Source of the DNA: an uncultured Acidimicrobiaceae bacterium
GTDB lineage: Bacteria; Actinomycetota; Acidimicrobiia; Acidimicrobiales; RAAP-2
Assembly: GCA_963699345.1 (NCBI GenBank)
Contig: CAVOTL010000007.1
Coordinates: 389,352-453,351 of the forward strand
Direction: 5' to 3'
Length of the DNA stretch: 64,000 nt
The notes beneath the pieces are model-generated. The model was not told where the DNA came from and made no database searches. It saw only the letters and a program-made list of their open reading frames with translations. The stretch's first letter is position 1, and every line of letters begins with the position of its first letter. Positions 51,481-61,679 of the stretch are shown here, piece after piece. Both the position numbers and the translations under genes were made by a program.

Positions 51481-51771
51481 TCAGTCGGCAGGTCCTGGCG
51501 AATCCACCGGAGTCCGTGTTCGCAGTAGTACGACTCCGACCACCACCCAAGTGGCGATCAGGGCCAGCCAGATCAGGAGCCGCACCCACGGGTGGAGACC
51601 CGGTCCAGGAAGGTCGGAGGCGTTGATTGTGTTCGAGAGAGGGGCGTAGGCGACCCGACCCGATCCGCCCTGCCACCGCGTCGTCAGCCAACTACCAAAG
51701 AAGAAAAGGGCGGCACCAACTCCGACAACGACAACGACCCGCTGGCGGATGTTGAAGGTACGGGATCGCAC
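51481..51771 (-). CDS. small two-TM membrane protein (hypothetical)
   Basis: 96-aa ORF. VVVVVGVGAALFFFGSWL and LLIWLALIATWVVVGVVLL. Confidence 0.5.
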   Translation of the reverse strand: MRSRTFNIRQRVVVVVGVGAALFFFGSWLTTRWQGGSGRVAYAPLSNTINASDLPGPGLHPWVRLLIWLALIATWVVVGVVLLRTRTPVDSPGPAD

Positions 51772-52614
51772 TCTGGGAGCTTGCCACGTCGACGGAGTCA
51801 GGGGCGTCCCTGATCACCGGAAGGGTGACCGACTGCGGCACTTCGGCGCGTGCGGATATGTCAGTTCGCTGGGCGTCCAGGAAGTCAGGTTCTGTCAGCT
51901 CCTTCAGCCCGATTGTTCACTACCCTACGTTGGCATGTCTGCGTTCGACGGTTCGCAATCGTTCACCTGGAGGTGGGCAGGTGGAGACAAATGGAACGGC
52001 GCTGAGTACTCATCCACTCCAATGAGGGTAGGTGCGTGGCCCTCGTTCGTTACCCCGGCTACCGCCACCTGACCGAATGCCTCAAGATCGGCCATGCCCG
52101 TGTTGTAAGTGATGATGGCGATTTCTACTTCAAGTCTCGATGGTGGTCGAGATGTGAGCTGCGCTCCACGCTTAACCATGACGTCGTGGGGCAGTACGAG
52201 TACCGCAACCGTGGAAAGGGGAAAGGCGGCCTCATAACCGTGGGAGAAGGGACGTCCTTCCACGTCCACATCAACGGCTCGGGGAGCCTACGAAGCACCA
52301 AAGGCGTCCATGGTGCTAGTCGACGACTTCGGACGTCGGCTCTTGGAGTTCGGCTGGCGAACCGAAGGTGTCTACATCTTCGACCTTCCGGCAACTCATG
52401 CACGCCGATTTCACTTGGTCGCGCTTGTTCTCCGAGGGGCGAGCCGGTGGGCGTGCCCGATCTGGCAGTCGTCCTCGGGTTCCACCTCTTCATGCGTCCG
52501 TACCTTGTAGGCGGAGGTGGCGAACGGAAGTTCTCACCTTGCCGCAGCTGTCCGCTACCGCGGGATGGGTGGCTGGTACTGGCGCGGCTGCCGATACACC
52601 TCTAGAGGCGACCT

Positions 52615-53478
52615 CTAGCCGTGGTGGGACACAAGCTCATAGAACTGGTTCAGCGCCCCGGCGTAGCCCGATGGATTCTGCAACGAGTGGACGTGTCCGG
52701 AATCCTGAAGCGTCACCTGCGTTGCATTTGGATACCTGGACCTGACGATCTCGCGTCCAGAGGCGAAGATGTCCCATTCTCCGTACAGCACGAGCGCGGG
52801 GCCTCGGTAGGACGACACAGTCCCAGTAGGCAACGGTGCTCCTTGGAAATGGCCCTGTCGGTCTTCATCATCGCGGCGGGAGAACAGCCCGCGATCCACT
52901 TCGGATCAGGGTCCGGGGCAGTCCGAGGATTAACGAAGTAGTTGTGCCAGGTCTCGGCGACTACGTGACGCATCGCCCAGGAGCCGATCGGACCAGGGAT
53001 GACGAGACAGGATCCGTAGGCGTAGAACCTGGCAGTGCCCATGAGACCAGCCCTGCGATGCTCGATTTGGAAGGACTCTCGCTTCGTTTGTTTCCATTCA
53101 TGGCCGACGCCGAGCGACGAACTGGACAGGGCCAGACTTCGACCCGGTGCGGGAAGGCCCAGGTGTACGCCTGGGCGAGCAGGCCACCCCATGAGTGACG
53201 AGAACGTGCCAGGCCTCATGGCCCAGCGAGATCCGGACACTCTCCAGATCTTCGAGATAGGCAGCCAGACCGAAGCGACCGTCACTGCACGTCGACCGCC
53301 CGACACCACGCTGGTCGAAGGTAATGCACTGGAATTCGGGCAGCAGTGGAGCGTTGGAACCCCGCATGTAGTCAGGCACTCCGGGCCCTCCGTGCAGGAG
53401 AAGCAGCGGTTCACCGTCAGTGTCATCCCATTCGACCGAGAGGACGGCACCACCAGAAATCACGCGCGAGAAACCCAT
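52615..53478 (-). pseudogene. alpha/beta hydrolase (proline iminopeptidase-like), frameshifted
   Basis: LLLLHGGPGVPDY..ITFDQRGVGRS (ORF 53098..53715, ATG 53478). Nucleophile elbow HSWGGLLAQAY is in a shifted frame. C-terminus ..LVLYGEWDIF..DSGHV.. is in ORF 52615..52899. Confidence 0.65.
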
Positions 53479-54427
53479 GCGCCCATCGTCGGACCGTTGC
53501 GCCCGCCGCGACCAGGGCCATCCCGACCCGATGACCACGAGCGAGATGGCCTTCAGGCGTGGAACAGCGACGGATCGATAGAAGCTGGTGCGACGCGTGC
53601 GGCCAGCGCGCCTGGAGTTCGTCACAGCGACTTCGGGCGGGTTCTCTTGATAGATGGCTGGGTGTCCCGATCGCCGGGTCGGTGTCATCGCGAGGGCCAA
53701 TCGAGCGACCATCAAATCGGCAAGAACTTGCCCCAGGGTGGTCGATTACCCTCGACTCGTGAGCGTGCTCCGGCCTCCTTCCATGGATCTACCCGGACCA
53801 GACCGAAAAGCCGTGTCCCAGGCAGTTCTTGTGCGAGGAGACGCCGTTCGGAACCAAGACTTGCTCCAGCTGCGGTCGACCTTGGCAGGTGGTTCGATTT
53901 CCGAATCTCGATGGCGATGATTCTCTGGGGTCTCATCACCGTCTTCTGCATCGTCGGGCGCCCTGGAACTCCACCTGGCACTCCTGTGGATCATCGCAGC
54001 ATTCGGAATCCTGTTTCCCGACTCATGGCCATTCCGAAACGGCGGTATCGGCGTGCGATTAGGGAGAACACCTCAATTATCGAGGGCTGACCGTTGGCGG
54101 TTCCAGCAGAGGATGGCGCCTACGTCACAGGACGCGCCGTTCCCGTCCACCGGGAGCGAGGCGACTTCACGGGCCTCAGGCGTGCGCCACCTATTGCCGA
54201 CAAATGGAAGGTACGACAAGCGACGAGGTGGAGGCGACGATGGCGGGTCTGATCGTCTTGGCACTTGTCTTCGCCTTCCTGGATTCATCGCTCGCTTCCT
54301 TCCCTGCATCCTTAGCCGGAGATCAAGCTCCATCGTATTCGCGACAGGGCCGACTCGCTGCCCTGATCACGGGGCGCTTCGGCTCAGGGCATGAACCAGG
54401 GGCGGCGCCCGTCCCGGCCACAGCAGA

Positions 54428-54673
54428 TCAGGCCGAAGCGACGACCTCACTGAACTCGATGGCTCGTACCGTCACGCCAGGTGCCTCGGCGCCCTCGGGT
54501 GGAGCGGTGGAGCGAGCCAGCTCTTCGGTCTCGAAGACTTCGATCGAGATACCTCGAAGTCGTCGACCGCTACGAAGAGGCGCCGAGGAATCCGGCAGCC
54601 GCCGCAACCTTGGAATGACCTCGTCAAGCCCCCGCTCGGCCTCGCCCAAGTCGGCGATGTTGGCGTGGATCAC
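54428..54673 (-). pseudogene. C-terminal part of a small ABM/ferredoxin-like-fold protein (weak call)
   Basis: ..GISIEVFETEELARSTAPPEGAEAPGVTVRAIEFSEVVASA*. The N-terminal part is apparently in another frame upstream. Confidence 0.3.
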
Positions 54674-54959
54674 TCTGGCGCGGATAGCTGGTCTCCCTGG
54701 TCTGGTTGCTGAACCATCACGCTATCTGCGGGCGTGCGAATTTCCGATGCGGCGGCTTGTTGCTGGACTGACTCGAACACCAGATGGGCGGGGCACCGGG
54801 CGCGGCCTACCATGTCGGCCATGGCCGTTACGGCACGTGTTGCTCGATGTCGGTGGATCGGTGGGTTCCAGTTCGCTCGCACCAGACCTGCCCATCTGCC
54901 AGACTGCCTGGCAGGGCTGAATGGGCAGCGGGACGGCCAGATGCAGCTCGATGACGGGA

Positions 54960-55301
54960 ACGTGGCGGCCACGGGGTCGAGCTGATCTTCGGCGTCGCCG
55001 ACATTGCCGCTCGGTTGCGTGGTTCGAGAAGGCGGGATTTGATGTGTCGCTTCACGGTGACACGTATGCGTTCGCCGACCGGAGTCGGGACCTCATGATT
55101 CACCTTGCTCACACTCCGGGGGCCAAGCCCCTGTTCACGCGCCCTTTACATCCATTGTCACGATGCCGACCGGGTAGCAGAGGAGTGGAGGCAGGCCGGA
55201 ATCGAAGTCGATGGCCCCTGGGACGAGGATTACGGCAAGCGGGAAGGCTCAGTCAGCGACCCCGAGGGAATCGCATTCGGTTCGGTTCACCGATTCGCTA
55301 G
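54960..55301 (+). pseudogene. VOC/glyoxalase-bleomycin resistance family protein, frameshifted
   Basis: VAWFEKAGFDVSLHGDTYAFADRSRDLMIHLAHTPG, LYIHCHDADRVAEEWRQAGIEVDGPWDEDYGKREGSVSDPEG, then ..NRIRFGSPIR* in alternating frames. Confidence 0.55.
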
Positions 55302-55405
55302 ACCGATGACATCACGGCGGGAGGTGACCCTGATCACGGGGAGAGTGTCACATCAGGCACCTCGGGGACAGGCGTTCTCTCACCATCTATACGCCAGTAG
55401 AACTC

Positions 55406-55739
55406 ATGAAAACGTTCGGCAGAGAGCCAGAAGCGATCGCGATGTTCAGCGCGACTTCGGAAGTGATCGGATGCTGTGGAGCTACGGCGACCGTGCCGCG
55501 ATCGTCGGCGATGACGCGCTCGATGGGTGGAATTCGCAGGGAGGCACAAGGTCGCGGACTCGGCCGAGACCTGCTTGTCGAGGCGATCGAGCAGGCTGCG
55601 ATGCGCCGTCGATCCGATCGACGAGAACGCCAGGGCGTTCTACGACAAGTTCTCCTTCAAACAGATCCGAGGCGACGCCGGCGGCCGGATGTATCTCCGG
55701 ATCGATGATGCGCTGGCTGCACTCGAAGACCCGGATTGA
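55406..55739 (+). pseudogene. GNAT family N-acetyltransferase, decayed (frameshift and probable internal deletion)
   Basis: Motif A QGRGLGRDLLVEAIEQA (ORF 55406..55708), then VDPIDENARAFYDKFSFKQI..LRIDDALAALEDPD* (ORF 55527..55739). Confidence 0.55.
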
Positions 55740-55846
55740 GGGAGGCACCGGCGTCCGGCGTGCAATTGCAAGAAACCCCAGCCTGAACTGGGGTTTCTCT
55801 GGTGGGCCGTGCGGGACTTGAACCCACGACCCCTTGCGTGTCATGC
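55697..55846 (+). repeat. right copy of the imperfect direct repeat (GNAT 3' end, hairpin, 3' half of the intact tRNA-Val-GAC)
   Basis: Aligned by eye with 49384-49576. The tRNA-proximal ~80 bp is the best conserved part. The left copy carries an extra ~40-nt insert in the spacer. Confidence 0.8.
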
Positions 55847-55875
55847 AAGTGCGCTACCAACTGCGCCAACGGCCC
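55800..55875 (-). tRNA. tRNA-Val (anticodon GAC), CCA encoded
   Basis: Hand-folded: GGGCCGT/ACGGCCC acceptor, GCGC/GCGC D stem, CTTGC-ATGACAC-GCAAG anticodon arm, GTGGG-TTCAAGT-CCCGC T arm, ACCA 3' end. Confidence 0.9.
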
Positions 55876-55982
55876 GTGGGGGACGACGTTACCACCCGGT
55901 CCCCCGACCCACGGAAGCAATCGCCCGCCGGTCCGTGGCCCGCTCCCAGGACCGCCGTGATGCCCGACACCTCCGGGAGAGA

Positions 55983-56801
55983 TCAGGGTGATGTGCTCGC
56001 CGGTACCCCCGGTTGGGCTTCCTCCACGGCCTGCCACCCGCTGAGACGGCGCTTGCGCTCCGCCTCGGCGGCGTGTCCTCCCCGAAGGCCGAAGAGCCGC
56101 TTCGCCCACAGTAGATAGGCGACGACCAGGACGTTCAGAACCAGAGCGACGATCTTCAGGATGCTCACCTTCAGGGTGATCTCGTAGATCTCGTACGGGA
56201 TGAAGAGGGCGGTGACGATGAAGGTCAGGTATTCGGCCCACCGCTTGTTCCACCACAGTCCGACAGCCTCGGTGAGCTCGACCGCGGCCAGGGCGAGGAA
56301 GATGAGTGCCAGTTCGACCAGGTGGGTCGGCGAGTACTTGAAGGCTCTGCCGAGGTAGCCGAGCAGGCCCCGGACCTTCGTCGCCGTGACCCCTCCGCCG
56401 TTGAGGGCGTTCATCAGGTTCTCGTAGTCGGTGTGCAGCGCCCGGTCATGTCCGGCGAAGGTGAGGAACGCGACGGCCACGAGGCTCAGGAGGAGCACGT
56501 GGAGGGCCCGATCGAGGGCGATGAGGCGCAGGACGTAGCGGTCCCTGAGCGCCGGGCCGCGTAACGGGAGCTCGATCTGGTCGCGGTCGGGCACCCGCGC
56601 CTCCTCCGGGTGGTCGCCGGGATCGACCGGGATCCATGCATCGCACCTCAGGCACCGGCACCAACGGGCCCCGTCGAACTCCCGGACGATGAGGGCATCG
56701 TCCACCGCCACCTCACGTGCTCCCGCACCGACGAGGACATGCCCGGACCAGGCGCAGGTGATCAGCTCGTAGCGATTGTCGGGTCGCTTCTTCCGGGCCA
56801 C
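55983..56801 (-). CDS. DUF2127-like membrane protein with an N-terminal Cys-containing cytoplasmic region
   Basis: Intact 272-aa ORF. ..WWNKRWAEYLTFIVTALFIPYEIYEI.. and four hydrophobic helices. Confidence 0.75.
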   Translation of the reverse strand: MARKKRPDNRYELITCAWSGHVLVGAGAREVAVDDALIVREFDGARWCRCLRCDAWIPVDPGDHPEEARVPDRDQIELPLRGPALRDRYVLRLIALDRALHVLLLSLVAVAFLTFAGHDRALHTDYENLMNALNGGGVTATKVRGLLGYLGRAFKYSPTHLVELALIFLALAAVELTEAVGLWWNKRWAEYLTFIVTALFIPYEIYEITLKVSILKIVALVLNVLVVAYLLWAKRLFGLRGGHAAEAERKRRLSGWQAVEEAQPGVPASTSP

Positions 56802-56847
56802 CGGATCACCCTAGGCTGATCGGGGAGGCGTGAAGGGGGTGCGCACG

Positions 56848-57730
56848 ATGCCGGACACCGGTGACGCACTGCGGGAGATCGACGAGGTCGGTTACACCGT
56901 GCTCGAGGACGTCATCGAACCCGAGCTCCTCGACGCGCTCGGTGAAGACCTCGACCGGCTCGAGCGGGAGCTGGCTGTCGTGCCCGCCACCAACGCCTTC
57001 GAGGGGGTACACACCCTGCGGATCTACAACCTCCTGGCCCACGGTCCCGACTTCCAGGCGATTCCGGTGCATCCGTGTGTCCTACCCGTCGTGGAGGGGG
57101 TACTCGACTCCGGCCTGTTGGTGTCGTCGTTGTCCTCGATCGCCATCGGCCCGGGTGAGACCCCGCAGCCCATCCATGCCGACGACCAGATCATCCCGCT
57201 GCCCAAACCGCACCCGGCCACCGTGTGCAACACGATGTGGGCGCTGACGGACTTCACCGAGGCGAACGGGGCCACGCGAGTCGTGCCCGGCTCCCACCGG
57301 TCGGACCACTCACCCGATCTGGTGTCGGGCGACTACGCCACGGTGCCCGCCGAGATCGGCGGGCCGGGTCCCCCTGGCAGGCGAGGAGCCTGTCGGCGAC
57401 GGCGCCGGTACCTCACCCACCGACCGGCTCGCGGTGGGCATCGCCATACTCCGGCAGCTGGCAGTCCGGCAACAGGAGAACAGCAGCTCGGCCTCCCCTC
57501 GTCCGAGGCCCCACCCGGCCTCAGGACTGGGCGGGTTCGGCATCTACCGGGCTCATCGGTCACATCGACAAGCATTCCGGCCAGCGTCTGCTCGGGACGC
57601 CCGGCCGGCCACCGACATCGTCTGGGATCCGCCGGACAGGGACGAGTCGCGGCCCGAGCGGTCCTTCGGGGCACCGCGTTCCGTGCCGCGCGCAGCCCGA
57701 CACCGACGGACCCGACCGCCCGGGCCCTGA
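56848..57730 (+). CDS. phytanoyl-CoA dioxygenase (PhyH) family Fe(II)/2-oxoglutarate oxygenase; C-terminal third multiply frameshifted
   Basis: MPDTGDALREIDEVGYTVLEDVI.., PIHADDQ, TRVVPGSHR intact up to about 57360. After that, fragments (RLAVGIA.., RQQEN.., GLIGHID..) lie in alternating frames. Confidence 0.65.
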
Positions 57731-57755
57731 CGCCCGCCGAAGAGGGCGGGTCAGG
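57726..57755 (+). terminator. GC-rich hairpin after the PhyH gene (no T-tract)
   Basis: CCTGA(cg)CCCGCC-gaagag-GGCGGG-TCAGG. 11 bp with a 2-nt bulge. Confidence 0.35.
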
Positions 57756-57768
57756 GGATGCGTGCATC

Positions 57769-57843
57769 TGGAGGCGGCGGGCGGAATCGAACCGCCGTAC
57801 GGGGCTTTGCAGGCCCCTGCCTAAACCACTCGGCCACGCCGCC
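57769..57843 (-). tRNA. tRNA-Cys (anticodon GCA), CCA encoded
   Basis: Hand-folded: GGCGGCG/CGCCGCC acceptor, GGGGC-CTGCAAA-GCCCC anticodon arm, GGCGG-TTCGATT-CCGCC T arm, U73 discriminator typical of tRNA-Cys. Confidence 0.9.
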
Positions 57844-57893
57844 AAAGGCGCTGCGTGATCCTATCCCCCTGATCGGGATGCTTAGATCTGCAC

Positions 57894-58919
57894 ATGCGCA
57901 TCGGACTGATCGCCCCGCCCTGGACCCCCATCCCGCCCGTGCTCTACGGCGGCATCGAACTCGTCGTCGACCAGCTGGCCCGCGGCCTCCAAGAGGCGGG
58001 GCACGAGGTCCTGCTGTACACGACCGGCGACTCGACCTGCCCGGTTCCGCGCCAGTGGGTCCTGCCCGAGGCCGAGGGCCGCCGGATCGGCATGGCCGTG
58101 CCCGAACTGCGCCACGTGCTGCACGCCTACGAGGCCGTGCGCGAGTGCGACGTCGTCCACGACCACACCGTGATGGGCCCCTTCCACGCCGTCAACTACC
58201 CCGACCTGCCGGTGGCCACCACCATCCACGGTCCCTTCAACCTGGAGCTCACCGACCTGTACCGGGCCACCTCGGGCCGCGTGCCGCTGATCGCCATCTC
58301 CCACGCCCAGCACCGCGCCGCACCCGAGATCCCGGTGGCGCGGGTCATCCACCACGGTGTCGAGGCCGCCCAGTTCCCGATGGGCGACGGCGGCGGCGAC
58401 GCCGACGGCCCCTACCTCCTGTTCCTCGGCCGCATGGCCGACGACAAGGGCTGCCACCGGGCCATCGAGGTCGCCCGGCGGGCCGGGATGCGCATCCTCA
58501 TGGCGGCCAAGATGCGCGAACCCTGGGAGATGCAGTACTTCGCCGACAAGGTGGAGCCGCTGCTCGGCCCCGACGCCGTCTACCTCGGCGAGGTGTCCCA
58601 CGAGCGGAAGCTCGAGCTGCTGGCCGGGGCCTCGGCCCTCCTCTTCCCGATCCGCTGGAACGAGCCCTTCGGCATGGTCATGATCGAGGCCATGGCCTGC
58701 GGGACACCGGTGCTGGCCTTCCCCGAGGGCGCCGCCCCCGAGGTCGTCACCGACGGGACGACCGGGTTCCTGTGCCAGGACGAGGACGCCATGGTCGATG
58801 CCCTGGGTCGCCTGGACGAGCTCGAGCGCCGGGACTGCCGCCTGGCCGTCGAGGGCTACTTCTCCACCCATCGCATGGTGGCCGAGCACGTCGAGCTGTT
58901 CGAGTCGATGACGGCCTGA
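57894..58919 (+). CDS. glycosyltransferase family 4 (GT-B, retaining)
   Basis: Intact 341-aa ORF. MRIGLIAPPWTPIPPVLYGGIE.., EPFGMVMIEAMACGTPVLAF. Confidence 0.9.
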   Translation: MRIGLIAPPWTPIPPVLYGGIELVVDQLARGLQEAGHEVLLYTTGDSTCPVPRQWVLPEAEGRRIGMAVPELRHVLHAYEAVRECDVVHDHTVMGPFHAVNYPDLPVATTIHGPFNLELTDLYRATSGRVPLIAISHAQHRAAPEIPVARVIHHGVEAAQFPMGDGGGDADGPYLLFLGRMADDKGCHRAIEVARRAGMRILMAAKMREPWEMQYFADKVEPLLGPDAVYLGEVSHERKLELLAGASALLFPIRWNEPFGMVMIEAMACGTPVLAFPEGAAPEVVTDGTTGFLCQDEDAMVDALGRLDELERRDCRLAVEGYFSTHRMVAEHVELFESMTA

Positions 58920-58937
58920 GCGGTCGCCCCTGGACGG

Positions 58938-59141
58938 TCAGTCGCCCGACCGGCGGAAGAGCAGCCATCCGATGAGCACCACGAGTGCCACCAGGCCGAC
59001 GATCTCCACCGCGCCCCACAGGAGGCTGGCGAGGAAGTGGAGGAGGCCGAGCAGGAACCACACGACGACCACGACGCCGACGACGCCGATGACGACGGTG
59101 AGGGTCCCGTGTCCCGAGCCTGAGCCGTCGTCGTCTGCCAT
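58938..59141 (-). CDS. small two-TM membrane protein (hypothetical)
   Basis: ATG 59141 in the frame of ORF 58938..61970. MADDDGSGSGHGTLTVVIGVVGVVVVVWFLLGLLHFLASLLWGAVEIVGLVALVVLIGWLLFRRSGD. Confidence 0.55.
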   Translation of the reverse strand: MADDDGSGSGHGTLTVVIGVVGVVVVVWFLLGLLHFLASLLWGAVEIVGLVALVVLIGWLLFRRSGD

Positions 59142-59201
59142 CGGTCCAGCGTAACCCTCCGAAGTCGTGATGCGGCGGCGGCGCGGTGGTACGGTCCGTC
59201 G

Positions 59202-61553
59202 ATGTCCCTGCGTGTCCGCCGCCAGGAGCTGATCGACCAGTCCGACCTGGGCGGCGACGCGTTCTGTCGGGCCTACGCCGCCGCCGCCGACGAGTGGCTC
59301 ACCGGACTGTTCGACGAGGCCTGCGGAGGCGACGCCCGGGGTATGGCCCTGGTCGCCGTGGGTGGCTACGGACGGGGCGAACTGTGCCCGTTCAGCGACC
59401 TGGACGTCGTGCTCGTCCACAAGGGCCGCAAGGACATCGCCGCCACCGCCGACCGCATCTGGTACCCGGTCTGGGACGAGGGGATCTCCCTCGACCACAG
59501 CGTCCGCAAGCCCGCCGAGGTCCTCGACATGGCCGGCGAGGACCTGCGGGTCGCCCTCGGCCTGCTCGACGCCCGGGTCATCTGCGGCGAGTCCAAGGTG
59601 GCCGAACCGGTCATCGAGGGCGCCAAGGAACGCTGGGTCCGCCAGAAGCCTCCCTGGCTGGGCGATCTGGCCGACGGCGTGTCGGAGCGCCAGGCCGCCA
59701 ACGGGGACGTCGGGTTCCTCCTCGAGCCCGACCTGAAGGAGTCCCACGGCGGCCTGCGGGACATCGCCGCCCTGCTGGCCATGATGGAGGCCGTCCCGGT
59801 CCTCGCCGACTACGTCGACACCGTGGCCCTCGACTCGGCCCGGTCGGTGCTGACCGCCGTACGCGTGGAGCTCCAACGCCGGGCCGGGCGCGAGCTGAAC
59901 AAACTCCTCCTCCAAGAACAGGAGCAGGTCGCCAAGGCGGTGGGGATGCTCGACGCCGACGAGCTCATGTACGAGGTGGCCACGGCCGGACGGACCGTCG
60001 CCTGGGAGGGCGACGACGCCTGGCGGCGCCGGAGCGCCTGGTCGCGCGCCCAGGGGTCCCGGGGCCTGCGCCGCCGTGACCGGGGGGCCACCGCCCCCGG
60101 CGTCACCCCGCTGACGGGTGAGCCCGGGATCGGTAGCACCGGCGACGAGGTCGTCCTCGTTGACGATGCCGACGTCACCGGTGACATCAGCCTCACCCTG
60201 CGACTGGCGGCCGTCGCCGCCGAGCGCAACCTGCCCATCTCCCGTGACGCCCTCACCCTCCTCGGACGCCGGGCACCCGACGTCGTGACTCCCTGGTCGG
60301 ACGAACTCCGGGGCACCCTCGTGCGCGTGCTGGCCGCCGGGCCGGCCGCCATCCCCGCGCTCGAGGCGCTCGACCAGCGCCGCCTGCTCGAGCGCTACCT
60401 GCCCGAGTGGGCGAGTGTTCGCAACAAGCCCCAGCGAAACCCCTACCACCGCTTCACCGTGGACCGGCACCTCCTGGAGGCCACGGCCAACGCCGCCACC
60501 ATGACCCACCGGGTGCGCCGGGTCGATCTGCTGTTGCTCGGGACGTTGCTCCACGACATCGGAAAGGGCTACCCGGGCGACCACACCGACGTCGGCATGG
60601 TGGTGGCCACCGACATCGCCACCCGGATGGGCCTGCCCCCCGAGGACGTCGCCACCATCGTGACCATGATCCGGCTCCACCTGCTGCTGCCGGACACCGC
60701 CACCCGACGGGATCTCGACGACCCGGCCACGGCCCAGAAGGTGGCCGACGAGGTGGGCGACCGGCCCACGCTCGAGCTCCTGGCCGCCATGGTGGAGGCC
60801 GACAGCCTGGCCACCGGCCCCTCGGCGTGGGGCGCCTGGAAGGCCGGGCTGGTGGCCGACCTGGTCGAACGGGCCAGCCGCCTGTTGGACGGGGAGGCGG
60901 TGGCCCCGCCCGCACCCCTCATCACCGAGGAGCTCGAGGTCGTGATGGACACCGTGCGCACCCATGGGGTGCCCGCCCTCTCCATCGAAGCCCCCCAGGT
61001 GACGGTGGTGGCCCCCGACCGGTCCGGCCTCCTGGCCGAGGTGACGGGCGTCCTCGCCCTCCACGGCCTCAACGTCCGTTCCGCGGTGGTGGCCGGCGAG
61101 CACGGGGTGGCCGTCGAGACCTTCATCGTCGAACCCGACCGGGGCCGTTGGCCGGACGCCGCCAAGCTCTCGAACGACCTGGCCGCCGTCATGGACGGCC
61201 GGCTCGACGTCGACGCCCAGCTCGACGCCCGCGCCCACACCTACCGCAACGCCGGGCGGGTGCGGGTCGCCCAGCTGGTGTCGACCCAGGTCACGGTGGA
61301 CAACAATGCCTCGGCGACGGCCACCGTGGTCGAAGTGCGGGCCGAGGACATCGTCGGCCAGCTCCACCGCATCACCCGGGCCCTGGTCGAGTGCCACCTC
61401 GACGTGACGTCGGCCAAGGTCTCCACCTTCGGATCGGCCGTCGTCGACGCCTTCTACGTGCGGGGACCCGACGGACGCAAACTGACCGACGCCTCCCAGA
61501 TCGCCGCGGTCGAACAGGCCGTCCAGGCCGGCGTGCGGAGCTCCACCGACTGA
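59202..61553 (+). CDS. glnD: [protein-PII] uridylyl/adenylyl-transferase GlnD
   Basis: Intact 783-aa ORF. NTase motif VAVGGYGRGELCPFSDLDVVLVH. HD domain LLHDIGKG. Two C-terminal ACT-like repeats. Confidence 0.9.
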   Translation: MSLRVRRQELIDQSDLGGDAFCRAYAAAADEWLTGLFDEACGGDARGMALVAVGGYGRGELCPFSDLDVVLVHKGRKDIAATADRIWYPVWDEGISLDHSVRKPAEVLDMAGEDLRVALGLLDARVICGESKVAEPVIEGAKERWVRQKPPWLGDLADGVSERQAANGDVGFLLEPDLKESHGGLRDIAALLAMMEAVPVLADYVDTVALDSARSVLTAVRVELQRRAGRELNKLLLQEQEQVAKAVGMLDADELMYEVATAGRTVAWEGDDAWRRRSAWSRAQGSRGLRRRDRGATAPGVTPLTGEPGIGSTGDEVVLVDDADVTGDISLTLRLAAVAAERNLPISRDALTLLGRRAPDVVTPWSDELRGTLVRVLAAGPAAIPALEALDQRRLLERYLPEWASVRNKPQRNPYHRFTVDRHLLEATANAATMTHRVRRVDLLLLGTLLHDIGKGYPGDHTDVGMVVATDIATRMGLPPEDVATIVTMIRLHLLLPDTATRRDLDDPATAQKVADEVGDRPTLELLAAMVEADSLATGPSAWGAWKAGLVADLVERASRLLDGEAVAPPAPLITEELEVVMDTVRTHGVPALSIEAPQVTVVAPDRSGLLAEVTGVLALHGLNVRSAVVAGEHGVAVETFIVEPDRGRWPDAAKLSNDLAAVMDGRLDVDAQLDARAHTYRNAGRVRVAQLVSTQVTVDNNASATATVVEVRAEDIVGQLHRITRALVECHLDVTSAKVSTFGSAVVDAFYVRGPDGRKLTDASQIAAVEQAVQAGVRSSTD

Positions 61554-61679
61554 CGCGGAGGGAGCCCGGAGGTCGTCCAGCGTCACCCCGCACCCCGTGG
61601 TGACCAGGCCCTTCGCCCCTTTTTTCGACACGTGGTCACAAAACCGGTGTTCCGGCTGGTAGATTGGGCTTTGATTGCT

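Noticed and set aside
55310-55739. GNAT gene considered as the toxin of a GNAT/RHH (TacT-like) toxin-antitoxin pair
   Set aside because: No DUF1778/RHH-type antitoxin ORF lies upstream; the preceding gene is a VOC protein on the same strand. The GNAT gene itself is frameshifted and apparently internally deleted.
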